A DNA stretch of 64,000 nt from Felis catus (Eukaryota). The DNA is taken from the NCBI RefSeq assembly GCF_018350175.1, contig NC_058368.1, forward strand, positions 230,890,001 to 230,954,000, written 5' to 3'. The notes under the pieces were generated by a model. It ran no database searches and was not told the origin of the DNA. It saw only the letters and a list, made by a program, of their open reading frames with translations. The first letter of the stretch is position 1. Every line of letters starts with the position of its first letter. Both the position numbers and the translations under genes were made by a program. Below are positions 34,861 through 48,518 of this stretch, one piece after another.

Positions 34861-37800
34861 ATAATGATTTTTTTTTAAGTCCGTGTTAACAAATGGCAGA
34901 GCTGAGGCTGGACTCCAGATCCTTCTGACCCCAGGGCCACGGCCTCCTCAGCATCGGGCCCCACTCTGCAGTGCTCGCCGGACCGAGGAACAGAAATCCC
35001 ATGCAGAAAGGGAGCTGCCAAGACAGGACCACAGGCGTGGCTGGATGCCGAGGGCACGAGGAGGGGACCGTGCTGCCGTCAGGGGCCTGGACGGCATGAT
35101 GGGGCAGGTGCCATCATGGAGAAGAGGTGAGGGGGGCGGCAGACCGTGTGGGGCCTCTGCGCAGAGCTGCTGAGCAGGGCTTCGACAAGGAGGGGCCGAG
35201 GCGTGTGGTGGTGCCAGGGTGGGGGTGACAGTGGGGCCTGGGGACGGAGACAGTGGGCACGGGCCGCTGGGGACACAATGGAGATGTGAGCCCAAGGTGC
35301 CAGGCAGGCGGAGAGAGGCAAGCCAGGGGCCGCGTGGGCGTGGGTTCTGGAGAGTTCTGCTGGCAGGACACGGAGACTGAGGAGGATGAGGAGCTACGTC
35401 AGCAGGTGACTGATTCCATCACCCTCACTGACCGAGAGCAGGGGTGTCTGGGAGGAGGAGAGACAGAGGCCAGATTTCACAGGAATCAGAGAGGAGCAGC
35501 CTGCGAGGAGCCCAGCTGGCGGGAAAGCAGGTTTGACGGAGAAGGAGTCGTTCGGCACCGGCGACCGGGGGACTTACTGGAACGTGCTTGCGGAGGAAGC
35601 CCCTGCGGGGCCCACGGGGGCCGATGGCACAGGTGCTGGAGTGCAGGCAAGGGGCGGAGCAGGAGGCTCAGGCTCCGGAAGGGGTGGGAGCAGGGAACAG
35701 AACCCACGCGGACCCAGCAGAATACGCGGAGTCGGGGGGACAGCTGAAGCTCGCACTGCACACGCGGGCACTCGGCCACCAGGAAAGCCTGCGAGGATGT
35801 CGTGTGCAGAATAGGGCGGTGAAGGGCGGGGTGGCTGATGCACAGGGTTAAAGGTGACGAAACCTGTTTCCAAGCCACAGAAAGAATGGTTCACACACAC
35901 AGACACACGCACACACACACACACGTGTGGGTCTGTAGTGGAATTATTCCATCCCAACTTAGGGCTTCCTCCAGCCCTGAAGGGGAGGAACTGGAGAAAG
36001 AAGAGGCTGCCTGCCCTCAAGATGGAGATGGGGGCCAAGGCCAAGGACGTGTTACAGGATGCAGGTGCTTTCCTACCCCACGAGCCAGCCAGCTAGACGA
36101 GCGTGGGCTGCACCCAGGGAAGGTCGCCACTGACTCAAGCTGGGTGTTCGTTACTGTGCTAAGTAAGCACTTCCCACGCACTGTCCACCAGCACCCTCTG
36201 GGCCGCCTCGGAGGCGGACCGCAGCATCGCACCGATCGCCAGACAAGGCAAGACCCCAGGAACACTCGGACGTGGGCGCGGGAAGTTTTAGCACAGAGGG
36301 TAAGTTCAGTAACACACCCCACCGCCTGCTAGCCCCGAGGGGCGGAGGCCATGGAGGGGCCTCTTTGGGGGTCTGAGGATGGCCGGAGGGACTGGCAGGC
36401 AGAGGAATTCGAGGGAGCCAGGCAGCGGGATGGCAAAGATCCAAGTGAGGAAAGTGGAGAGGATGAGATGGCCTAGAGGGGGCAGTTTGGATGCTGAGTC
36501 CCCAAGGATTGTGACTTGGGTACTGAAATCCTCGGGGAGACGGGGAACCCCAGGGTTACTGGATGCCAGCAGTTGGGATAGGCACAGGGTGACTGTAAGC
36601 AGAAGATGCAAACCACAGAGAAAGAAAGGCTGTGAGGAGGGCAAATGCTGATCTAAAAACCCCACAGGGACAAGAAGCTTCGCTTAGCTGCTGCCCTTTT
36701 TAAAAGGGGAGGGCAGGGCGGCTGTCCTGTGCTGAGCTGAGCCTTAAAGGAGGCGGGTCTGGAGCAGACCCGCCCAGACATGCCCATGATGAGATGAAGA
36801 GATGGTGAGGGGCCCTTGAGGCAGGCTTGGGGTGCCCGGCCATGCACTGGGGGGGGGGGGGGGGGGGTAGAGCTCACACTCAGTGGTTCCAGTGCTGCCC
36901 CTGCCGAATCCAGTTCTCCAATTAGCATCTCTGGTCCACAGGTCTCCAGCAATCTAATTGGGCCGCTGTGTACGCAGAGAAAGGGGTTTTGCAATTTTGC
37001 AAGACTACGAAAAAATCATTGATACTGGTACATCTATGGTCATATTAGATACCAGTTTCATTAGATAGCTGGTTAATACCAGTTTCAAAAGAACAGAGCC
37101 CCCAACATGGGCAGACGGTGCTGGCAGGGCGTGGAGGTTTTGGACAGCAGGGACAGAAGACTGCAGAAAAGGAGGGCCGGATCGGTGCCAAACCAGGCGG
37201 TGTCTGGGATTAGAGAGGAGGCCAGAGAGGCTCGGTTAATGATCAGCACAGCAGGGAGGGGTAGAGCCCTAGGACCCTGAGGACCCCCTAGGACAGACGT
37301 GACCCAGAGGTCAACGAGGCTTGCATTGGCCCCTAGCTCTGCCTGCTGTGCCCGGTGCTCTGTTTGGGCTCATGTCTCCCTAGTACAAAGCTCAGCCCCT
37401 GACTGGTTTCAGCAAGAAATCCCCCTGTGACTTTCACAAGTGTTATTGGGTTGATTCAAGACACAAGAGGTTATGGGGGGGCACCCACGGAGCCAGAGTC
37501 CTGCGCTCTCCCCTGGTGTAGAGAAGCAGACCCCCGCCCGCCCCCCACCCCATCTCTGGGCCCTTCTGGATCACCTGCGAGGCCCTGGCCTGGTCTGGGG
37601 AGACCAGCTCCCCACTCTCAACACATCCCCTCCTGTGCCAGTCCCTCTCTGGGTCCAGGGAGGAAGACAGGGGCCATATTACACCCTGTCCCGTCCTCAG
37701 GTGCATGCCAGTGGCACCAATGCCCATCTACTCGGGGGCCCGCCTCGACTCCACTCTTCAAACCACGGTCCGCCCCTGATGGAGCTGTGCCGGCCGTCAT

Positions 37801-38804
37801 CGGAGCCCAGAGCAAGCGTGGGCCCTCTGAGGTCATGTGCCACTCTCCACTCCGTACCTGCGCAGTTCACTTTTCTTCTCTGGGCCTCGGCTTTATCACT
37901 GCCAAAGGGAACCTTCCTGAACTTCCCAGATGAGGCTGTGTGTGTGTGACAGGGGTGAGCACTCAGTCGATCTTAACTTATCATCACTATCACGATGGCT
38001 GTTATTTAGGACGCAAGACTAGAGACACCATGAGACTCTGCCCGGTTAAAGCAAACACCACTAAGAGGCCGAAGAAACAGGGCGAAGGTGGTGGGGCCCT
38101 GCTGTAGGCCTCTCGAGAACCCCATGCTCTATGACCCCCCCAGTGCCGACTCAGGGGGGGCACGAGCACATGCCCAAACCCGAACAACACTCTCCCCATC
38201 CTTGATCCGGGTTCTTTCACAAGCCAGGCACGGGCGCAGGGAGCCAGCGCGCACTGGGAGCCAAGCTTCAGGGTGCGGCAGGCCCGTGGCGGGAACAAAA
38301 GCAGCCGGAAACAGTGGAAACCACTGGAGACAGTGGAACGACCACCGGCAGAGTGGAGGGCGCTGCCCGGCCCGGGCAGAAACCGCCTTCAGGCACCCCA
38401 AGAAAGGGCAGGGCTGGAGGGAGGACCTGGAAGGAGACGAAAGAGATCGCCAGACCCAGCAGGTTTTTAATTAATGAATTAGTTCGAAAACATCTGCCTC
38501 CTGCCTCAGCGGCCGGCGGTGCCCTTCCGCTGTTCTCCAGCTTTTTCGAACGTCACAGCTGCCATGCTGGTTACGTGCTTCTTTCTACAAACCCCAAAGT
38601 AAACTTTTTTTTTCCCCCAAGACTTTGTATCCTGCTGGCCTCTGCAGTATACAAAACAAAAGCAAAACCAAACCAAAAAATCCCAGGCATTTCGTAACCG
38701 TCCCAGGAGGCGTCTACGGCCATATGCTCCTGAAGTCGAGAAGGGGTGAGTGGGTGGTGGTGGTGAGCTGTGAAACTCCGAGGACTTGAAATTTCCTCAA
38801 TAGT

Positions 38805-39351
38805 TGTATTAGCTAGAGTTCTCCAGAGAAACAGAACAGGAGACGATGGGAGATGACCACAGATATAGATGATAGATGGATATGATAGATGGATAGGTAG
38901 AAGATGATGATAGATAGATGATAGATAGATGATAGATAGATGATAGGTAATAGATAGATAGATAGATAGATAGAATAGCTAGCCAGAGAAATAGATAAAG
39001 AGATTTGTTTTAAGGAATTGGCTCACATGATTACGGAGGCCAGCAAGTCCAAAATCTGCGGGGTAGGCCAGCAGGTGCGAGACCCAGAGAAGAGCCAGTG
39101 CAGTTCAAGTTCAAAGGCCATCTGCTGGCAGAATTCCCTCTTGGCGAGGGACGCCAGTCTTTTGTTGTTCTCAGGCCTTCCCACGACTGGATGAGGCCCA
39201 CCCACATGGTGGAGGACACTCTGCTTCCCTCAAAGTCCACCGATTTCAATGTGAATCTCAACCAAAACCTCACAGAAACATCCAAAATAACGTTCGACCA
39301 AATATCTAGGCCCTGTGGCCCAGCCAAGAGGACAGGCAAAAACGAACCATC
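38805..39351 (-). mobile_element. ERVL LTR (MLT2-like) containing a (GATA)n tract
   Basis: tgtattagctagagttctccagagaaacagaac...aaggaattggctcacatgattacggaggcc...ggatgaggcccacccacat. Confidence 0.88.
38862..38975 (+). repeat. (GATA)n compound tetranucleotide repeat
   Basis: Direct observation. Confidence 0.92.
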
Positions 39352-39413
39352 CTGACTCTATGTGGTGAGAACACAGAATGTACTTGGATACTAACGAAGT
39401 CTTCATTATCTCT

Positions 39414-39630
39414 AGGGCTGTGGTCCTCACTCGGGGGGGCCATCTTACCCCCAGAGAACCTTTGGCAATGTCCCAGCCGGGGACTGGGGAGGAAGAGAGG
39501 GGCACTAGGGGTGGCATCCAGCGAGTGGAGGCGGGGGGTGCGACCCAAACTCCTACATTGCACAGGGCAGCCCCGACCACAAAGAATCATCCAGACCAAA
39601 ATGTCAACAATACCAAGGTTGAGAAACCTC
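39414..39630 (+). mobile_element. MER20-like hAT element
   Basis: tttggcaatgtc...ggcatccag...gcacagggcagcccc...aaagaatcatccag...aaatgtcaacaataccaaggttgagaaacc. Confidence 0.8.
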
Positions 39631-41569
39631 AATGGTCCTGTTCCAGAAGTCCATGACTTCTCACAATGAAATTACATAATTAAAGGCAAATTTCCCTCAT
39701 CCTGGACTCTTGAAAAAGAAATATATGTGTTTCAGTGACAAGGGCATGCTTGGTACAGGCAGCTAATGTAGCTGGAACTTCTGTGTGCTTTTCCGTCCCT
39801 GGAGCAGAAAATAGCAAACCACCCTGATTCAGATCCGCTCCTGGATGCAATGGAAAATTTTAGATAAAGCAAGCCCTTTCCTTCAGGGAGCGCGCACAGC
39901 GTAACGGCTGTTTTCTCAGTCACCGATACAGAGGACAGCAGAGATTAATGTCCCCCGTGGCTCCCTCAGCACACTCACCTAGAACAGGCAGGACAGACAC
40001 ACAGGCTTTTGGCTCAGCTACTTAAAGATTCTCATAAGAAGGTCTAGAAACCTCTTTCCAAATGACTGCAGCCTATTTTCCAAAATGGACCTCGTATGGC
40101 TCAAGCTGATGAGCCTCGGAGTCCGTACACACGGCAGAGGGGTGAAGGGTGAACTTGGAAGACGGCATCTGTCTATGGAGCCAGCCTCGGAGCATAATGT
40201 GGAGGGAAGAGAAAGCTGTGTAGGTGAAGCTCTCCTTCAGCCGGGACTTCGGCCACACCTTATGTCCCTGTCTCCTGGCAGAGTCCCCACCCTCCACACC
40301 CACCAGCAACCCTCCACAAGCCCTTGTCTCTGTCACAGAAGGACTAAGACCAGCTGTGACCTCGTGGGGAGGCGGCCGCTTCTGACCCACAGCTCCATGC
40401 GTGCGATGCTGACCTCCTTTCTACCCCTCAGATGTGAGGGTGTCCAGTGAGTTGGTTCTACTCTTAAGCCGCAACATGCACAGCACAGCTGGATGACATC
40501 ACAAGGTGGTGGAAAACAGGTTTCAGGGCGCCAGACGGGACAGGCATTTGCAAAGGTCACGTGCTTGACCACAAAAGTCTCCGCCTTCGGTGCCAATGAT
40601 GCCTCAGCCTCTGTACATCAGTTGATTAGAGACTTTCAGGTTCAGTCACTTCTAGAAACCCTATCTGCCAGGGTGACATCACTAACCGGGGAAGCCCTGT
40701 GTGACCGCGGAAGTCATTCGGCACAAACGAGCAGCTTTTTCGGTTACGTTAAGACTCATCCTAATTCCAGTCCCTAGAATTACCCGACATCAGAGTTGGT
40801 GTCGGGCCAGACCCGGAAAGGCAGCCCAAGCGTTTGTGGTCCACCCATCCTTGCCCGTAGGACCCATGTGAGAAACCCACATCCTGGCCGGCACCAGCTC
40901 TCAGACTCGTGTAGATTGGGCAGATTTTGGAGGAGAAAGGACCTGTGAACAAAAATCACAACCCAAACAAACCAACGGACCTAGGAAACCATGTTTGGAG
41001 TAATCCTAAGTCAGATTTCCTTAAAGCATAATCAGGAACCCCCCTCAGACGACATATAATGTCACGTCATATACCTCTAACGGCCCCGGGAGGATGCTAA
41101 GTGAGTTAAGATAACTAATGAAGCCCTTCATGTACTTATTGCGTGGGTTTCACAGCTGAAGCTTTTTTCCTGCCTTAAAACAAACTTTTGTCAACTTAAT
41201 AGGTTCTTGAACTATCCTCACAGAGCCCCTTAGCGTCTTAAAAGGATCCCCCCAAAAGCCATCCTAGGAAACACCACCACAACCAGGAGATTATTACCTC
41301 GGAGGCAGAAACCATCACAACGTCTAAGAAAGAGAACCAGCAACAGTTTGATAAACAAGTGTTTTCCTCAAGGACAACAAGGTAATCTGAACAGAATGAG
41401 AAAATGATAACGGAGCACCTATTACTTGCTTTGTCTCAACTCTAGAGACTTAACCAGAGTTACACTGTGTTTCGGGAATCACAAAGGCATCCAAGGAGAC
41501 CTGTTTCCCACCACTACCTCCACCACCATTATCTTCACCATCACCGCCACCATCACCTTCCTCCTCGCA

Positions 41570-41730
41570 TCTACTGAGCACTTACCATGTGCCAGGGACT
41601 CACGGCAACCTTACCTGGTAGACGCTGTCACTGTTGATATTCCATAAGCACAGGGCGGTAGATAACTTGCTTCATTCACTCACACAGCTAGAAGGTGGCA
41701 AAGTGACATTGATCTGACCACCAGGCTCTA
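41570..41730 (-). mobile_element. MIR fragment
   Basis: tactgagcacttaccatgtgccagg...taacttgc...cacacagctag. Confidence 0.6.
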
Positions 41731-41749
41731 GGCTGTTCACCACCCGTCT

Positions 41750-41967
41750 TTAATTTTTTTTTAACGTTTATTTATTCTTGAGAAAGAAAGAGACAGAGCG
41801 TCAGCGGGGGAGGGACAGAGAGGGGGGCGGGGACACAGAATCCGAAGCAGGCTCCAGGCTCCGAGCTGTCAGCACAGAGCCCGCAAGGGGGCTCGACCCC
41901 ATAAACCATGAGATCGTGACCGGAGCTGAAGTCGGACGCCTAACCGACCGAGCCACCTGGGCGCCCC
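41750..41967 (-). mobile_element. CanSINE
   Basis: Reverse-complement SINEC_Fc. Confidence 0.92.
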
Positions 41968-42589
41968 TTCATCACCGATCTTTGAAGAGCAGAACGCTCC
42001 ACTGCCGTTTCCACATTGCATCCAGCCCCTACCCTCTGACAACCCGGACGGTCGCCAGGCTCCTCTGTCTCCCCACAGAAGAGGGCAGACGTTGCTCTGC
42101 CAATGCACAGAAGCCATCCCAGGGGTGGTGGGCGTCGGTAGTGGGACGAACAACAGTGAGGTCCTCTGGTTGCCAAACATCTGGATCGGAGCCCGACAGG
42201 TGCTGGGTCCTGCTCCCAGGATGGGTAAACCTAGGAGAAATCTGGACCCCGTTCCTCCTGAGCCAGAGAACGAAAGGGAGGAAATCGTGAGAGACTAAAG
42301 TCCAGCTTCCAACTCCAAGTTCAAGACGCCGTCTCCCCCAGCGGTCAATGGGACCCCCTATGGACATGCTGCAGGTCCTCATCTCCAGTGGGGCTGGGGC
42401 AGGGAGCTGGAAAGGAGAGCCGATGGGGAGGGCTGGTCTACAGTGGTGAGTGTCCCCCAAAATCAGATGGACAAGAGGATGGGGCCACCCCCTGCTTGCC
42501 CTTTGGGAGTTGACCGAGAGTGGAAAATATAAAGAAAAACACTGACCTTTCCGCTTTTCTTCAGGGATGCCAGCTTCTCCCCAGGGCCC

Positions 42590-43015
42590 TGTCCCCCCTC
42601 TTCTTGGGAATGGAGCCCATTATAGAGGTACAAGCAACGAGCCCACTTCTAACAGCTCCGTTTTGCAACCTGACAGTCACACGTGGCGCAGGACAGAGTT
42701 CTGGTGAATGTGATACAAGTGGGGGGTGTCTTAAGGGAGTTGGATCATCCAGAAGATTTGCCTGTTGTTGCCCCTCACCTCTTTCTCCTATGTGGAAAAC
42801 AGGTATGATGGCCTGTGCTCCAGCAGCCACTTTGGATTATGAGGCAACCAAGGGAACGGACGCTGTTGCCAAGGGTGACAGAGCAGAAAGACAGAAAGAG
42901 CCTGGATCCCTATGACAATGGAACCACCATGCCAGCCCCAGCCTGCCTCTAGACTTCGCTTAGAGAAAAACAAACACTCGAGTGTTTAAGCCACTATTTT
43001 TTTGGCCACAACAGC
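42590..43015 (+). mobile_element. Old MaLR LTR (MLT1J/K-like)
   Basis: gcagccactttggattatgagg...gagcagaaagacagaaagagcctggatccc...tgtttaagccact. Confidence 0.7.
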
Positions 43016-46000
43016 AAAGTTCAGAGCACACACTGAGTATATCTCAGCGCCTCCTCTCACTAGCCCTGAGACCTTGGATAGGTTTCTTGACCTCTCCTTA
43101 TCTCAGTTTCCCCATATGTAAAATGAAGCTAATTAGACTTTCTATTCCAGAGTTTTTGGGCGCCTGGCCCACAGTAGCATAGTAAGCTTTGACAGTGATA
43201 TGAATCGTAATGACGATGATGGTCATTGATACTAGTGACACCGACGATGATCATTCTTGAGTTTTCTCACACGTGCAGCTGAACCTAATCCTGTTTCATA
43301 CAAATGCTCACCGTGGCCGAGCGGGAGTGCGTTTTCCCTGGAACAAAGGAGGAGACATCACTCCTCAATCTCCATCAGCAGCTGCTCCAGGAAACCATGA
43401 GGTCAGAAAACCAGAGGCCAGTTCCCGGGAAGGAGCACCCTGGGGCAGTCATGGCAAGCCTGGTAAATGACTCGTCCAGCCCACTACCAGGCTCATATTT
43501 GCTGGGTCGGCATACAAGCAGGACGCAATAGAGTATCAAGGTTGCGTGAGGGAAGGAAGGGGGCGAGCCCATCCGGAGACGACGGGGCAGGGATGAGGTT
43601 CCCATGGGAGCACATCCGAACTGGGGAGAGTGGGTAAGGTTGTCCGGGATGACGCTCGATGAGGCCGGCCCCCCTTCCACCCTCTCCGGCACCTACAGTA
43701 AGACCACCAGCCAGGCTCCTCGTGTGCGCTCCTGTCCTGATTTCCTGAAGCATCCTGTGTCCCTAAGTCCTTCAGGAAAGCAGCAGAATTTCTACCTGCT
43801 TATAGCAGAGAGAAGAGAAGCTCACGGTAATTAAACACCTTGTTGGCTGTGTTCTCCAGTTCTCAGGGCAGGGCAGACTCCACCGTCCTGAGCTCGAACG
43901 CTGCGGATGCCAGCACGGGCCAGAGCCAGGACCGCTGGGTGCTGACGTGCGGCCCTGGGACTGAGAGCAGAGGCCCGCTTCTCCCTCTGCCTGCTTTTCT
44001 AATCCCGGGTGGCTGGGTGGTCGGAGGGCAGGTTGGCAGCAACCGTCCACCTCGGGGGGCACCCCCTGCTCCCAGAAGGCCCGAGGATGGGCCTGTTAGC
44101 GGGGCTCCCCTGCAGGCTCTGGGGAGAAATGATGCACTTCTCGGGGCGGGAGGGGCACCCTCCTACCCCCTTCCTCCTTCCTTCTCACGGTGGTCGGAAA
44201 GATCTTGACCCAGATGGCCGGGGATGCTGCTCCTGGCCCTGAGCCGAGCACCGATCGGGGCCGACTACCCACAGTTGGTGGTGCGGCCCTGAGGTCGAGG
44301 AGCTGGGGCCCCTCTCCAGCCGCTTGGAAACCATGCACGATCCAAGGCAGCTCACCATTGCAGGGAGTCACACAGGGCCTGGGGCTGAAGAGCTGTGGCC
44401 GGATTCTCTCTCTCCTAATGGAGCTTGTTAGGACGCAGAAGGCCTTTCAATCGTGCCTGACCGCATCCCCGCCGCAGGCCATGATTGCACGGGCCTACCT
44501 TCCGCTGGGACTCACAAGGGTTCTCCAGAGGCATTCCCGGTCACCTGGGGGCCGTGGAGGCAGAGAAGTGAGGGCCAACCCCTGAGGACAGTCTGTCAAG
44601 GCAACTGGTGCACAGCCTGTGCTCAGAGTGGGCCCCAGACTCTGTCCAGGCAACAGGCCGGGTGTGCAGACTTCCTTCAGAGATTCACTCTTCTTTACGG
44701 AAATGACTAGCGCTGCCGTCACACAACGAGAACGTGTAGTGAAGCCGGGACTGGACCCGTGTGTCCGTCTCCAAAGACCCTGCCCCGCACCGCCTAGAAT
44801 CTGCATGTCGTCGCTCCGTTTCATTAAGCAAGCCAAGCATCTTCTTCCCCGTCTGCTCCTCTGGGAGAAAAGCCAGGCGGGATCCAGGAAAGCTGGGTAT
44901 CTTCCACAGCGCGGTTACCGCTGAGCCGATCTCACTGGTTTCCATTTTCGCTGAACACGGTCCTTGTCGGAGGCCAGGACCCTCATCAACGCGGCCTCAT
45001 CAGCCGGATCCCCAGAGGCGGTACCCCTCCCCCCTCCGCCGGCAGGAAGCGGCTGCCGGCAGGTCAGATTTTTGACCGTTGGGCAGACGAGATGAGGAGG
45101 CTGGTGGCTCCCCGAGGTGTGCGTGGGACCGCCCCCAGCTTCTGCTCACCCCCCCCCCCCCCGGGAACACAGCCCCGGCCCTGTGAATGACCTCTGGAGA
45201 GGACACGGAGAGCAGCTCAGAGGACAGCACAGCCCAGATTGGGAAGAGCCCGGAATGACTCCCGGATGGGGGCCCCAGCTCAGCCCTCAAGGCTGCCCCA
45301 GGGCCAGGCACAGAGAGGGAAGCGAGGCCTTCTTCTCTTTCCTCCTGCCTCTGTGGGATGCAGGGGTTCTGTCTGGGGGACCCCAAGTGCCTTTGGTGCA
45401 GGTGCCGGCTGCGGCCGGCCATCCTTCCAGCGTCAGGATGGAAAGGTCCAGTAGGTCACGGATGTGGCCTCCGTGAAGTCAAGGACCTTTCAGAGTCGGG
45501 GGAAGTGAGCAGACGTATGTGGGAGACGGTGGGGGGAGGGCAGGGTGGAGAGCTCCACTCACCCGCCTGGGAGTCTGGTCTCAAGTTAGAAAGCAGATGT
45601 CGCTGGGACTGTCCCCGGGCTTGAGTCTGGAGGACTCAAGCGGAGAGAGGAAGGAGGCAACTTTTTACTGGCTGCCAGTTCCATGTCCACCCTGATAAAG
45701 AGCTCGGTACAATTTGTGTCGTTTAATTAAATCTTCCTGAAAACGCTACAAACCAGGAAGATCCCCACTTCAAAAACGAGGACGTGGAAGCACGAGGCAG
45801 GCTCCTTGCCCGGAGCCCTGCAGCCAGAAGGGCGTAGGGTGGACCCAGGGTCCACGCGCTCCTGGGTCCACTGTGCCGCCGCCCAAGGGACAGAGCGGAA
45901 CTCTGCTCGTGGCCTCGGTCCCGAGTCAGGAGGCCAGAGTCCAGCTCGCCAGTCCACAGATACTCCTGGGGCAGCTGCCATGGGCCAAGTCCTGTTCCAG

Positions 46001-47441
46001 ATGCTGTGAGATGGCACTCAGCCCCAAAGACGTGGCCTCTACACTCATGGCTTCTCGCCTTCAGGGGTCGAGCGAGGAGAAGGGGCTGGTGACACCAGTG
46101 GCCAGCAAGGTGGGAGACAGCTGGACAGCGAGTGTCGGGAAGGGGTCCCTCAGTGTGCAGAGTTTAGGGGGACGGGATTCCCAGGCTCCTTTGCCCAGGG
46201 AGGGAAGACACTTTGCAACCTTTCCCGCTACAAGCTAACTTCCCCCCCCCGACAATCCGGAACCCCCCTGTCTCTCTGGTGGCCCAGAGAGAGCCCCCCG
46301 GCTCCCGGGGTCCAGCTTCTTCTCACCTAGGCTCTCGACGCTGACAAATTTCCGTTTGTTTTCTTTTTTTCAGCAAGAGCTAGAGGAAAGTTGAAATCAT
46401 ATCCCTGCGATTGAATTTCTTGGTGTTGTTTTGTAAATACCGCTCTTAAAATATCAAGGCAGGTTAGAGTCTGATTTACACATTTCATTTATTTATTTAT
46501 TTATTTGCCAGGAAAATGTATTAACATTTTGTAGGTTTTTGTTTGTTTGCTTGTTTTTTTAAGTGAGACCAAGAATGAGCTCGGGCAGGATAACAGGTCT
46601 TGAGGTGGGCGGTGCTGGGTGGCGGCCGCCCACGGCTGTGACCTCACCAACCCTGATGTGGGGGGGGGAGGGGAGGTGGTGACCCCTGGGATCGGGAGCT
46701 GCTGGCCAGCTCACCAAGGACCTGAGCCGTCTGCACATCGAACTTTGTTTTGTCGGCAGACCGGGGCTTTCAGGCCACCTAGGCCACCTGTCCCGCCCCC
46801 CGGGCTGCAAACCAGCTAACACATCACCAAGGGAGAGGGCAGGAGTGACCCTGGGGAGCCAGCGACCCCTCCTGGTGAAGGGGAACCGGGGCTACAGGCA
46901 GGTGGCCGTCCTGAGATCCTCAGGGGATGACGTACTTGACCACACGACTGCCCCGTGTGGAGACGCTGCTCCGGAAGCCAGCGGACGGGGGAGGGCACCC
47001 CGGGGTGCACCCTCCTGAGGCCTGTGCCACTGCACCCTTAGCCTCAGTGGGCGGGGACCTGGGGCTTCACCGTCTCCCAGCAGATTCAGTCATGAAAACA
47101 GCGGGGGCGAGACCACCCCCCTCACTTTTCACGCCCCAGTTTTCACTGTGCTAAAGGACTATCCCTCGTACATATTCCTATTTACTAATATTTCTACCCA
47201 ACACATGCGCACCTCATTTGTGTTTCCCCAAACAACAAATACAAATAGTCTCCAATCACCGTCATGGCCTGGACAATTCTATTTAAAATGTGACTTCCCA
47301 GTTAGGTCCTTCCTTAATAATTATGATTTTCGGGGAGTAGAATTATGATCTTTTAATGTGTCAGACTTCAGACTTCCTAAAGACAGGGCTGAATTTCCCA
47401 AATAAATAGGAGTTGTTTTCGGTCTCATCGAAAATAACCCA

Positions 47442-47965
47442 GGGGCACCTGGCTGGCTCAGTCAGTGGAGTGTGAGAGTCTTGATCTTGGAGTCAGGAGT
47501 TTGAGCCCCATGTTGGGGGTAGAGATTCCTTTTAAAAAAATAAAATTTGAGGCACCTGGGTGACTCAGTCGGTTAAGCGTCGGACTTTGCCTCGGGTTGT
47601 GATCTTGTGGTTTGTGGGTTCGAGCCCCACATTAGGCTCCGTGCGGACAGCTCAGAGCCTGGAACCTGCTTCACGTTCTGTCTCCTTCTCCGTCTGCCCC
47701 TCCCCTCCTCATGCTCTGTCTCTGTCTCAAAAATAAACATTAAAAAAAAATTTGGGGGGGTGGTGGCACATGAGTGGCTCAGTCGGTTAAACGGCCAACT
47801 TCGGCTCAGGTCATGATCTCACGGTTCACAGGTTCGAGCTCGCATCAGGCTCTGTGCTGACAGCTCAGAGCCTGGAACCTACTTTGGATTCTGTCTCCCT
47901 CTCTCTGCCCCTCCCCTGCACGTGCTCTGTCTCAAATATAAAAAATAAAACATAAAAAAAATTTT
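47442..47965 (+). mobile_element. Three tandem CanSINEs (47442-47545, 47550-47750, 47764-47965)
   Basis: Three successive SINE heads, each following an A-rich tail. Confidence 0.9.
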
Positions 47966-48518
47966 TTTTAAATGGTCAAAAGACACATCAAAAGAGGCTC
48001 TCCCTCGCCCATAATTGGGGAAACGAAAATTAAAATGATACAACTTTGTAACCATCAGGCTGCAAACATCAGAAAGTCTGATGAGCAGCCGGTGTTGCTG
48101 CGGGAGGGGCACAGCCTCTCTCGTCCACTGCGGGTGGGCCAATCCCCTCACTCGCTCTCTCGGGCATCTCTGGAAAGGACAACACAGCCGTGCCTACCGA
48201 AATTTACATCGGCCTTCCCTTCGATCCGGCAACTCCCGTCTACACGCCTGCTCCGGAGAAACATTCACTTGTGCACACAGGTCAGGTCAAGGCTCCTCAC
48301 GACTTGCGTATGGTAGGAGCCGAAACCACTGCAAAGAGCCGGGACCAGGAAACGGTTAAGTGAGCCACGGCACACCTGTGTCCAACAATTCTGGGTGCCA
48401 CCAACACGAGCGAAGGGGCCAAGCGCACTCTCCCCAAAACACGAGAGCAGCTGTTCATACTACAGGAACTCCTCTAGATGACACAGGAAGGGGAGAAAAC
48501 ATTTAAAATATACTTCTC

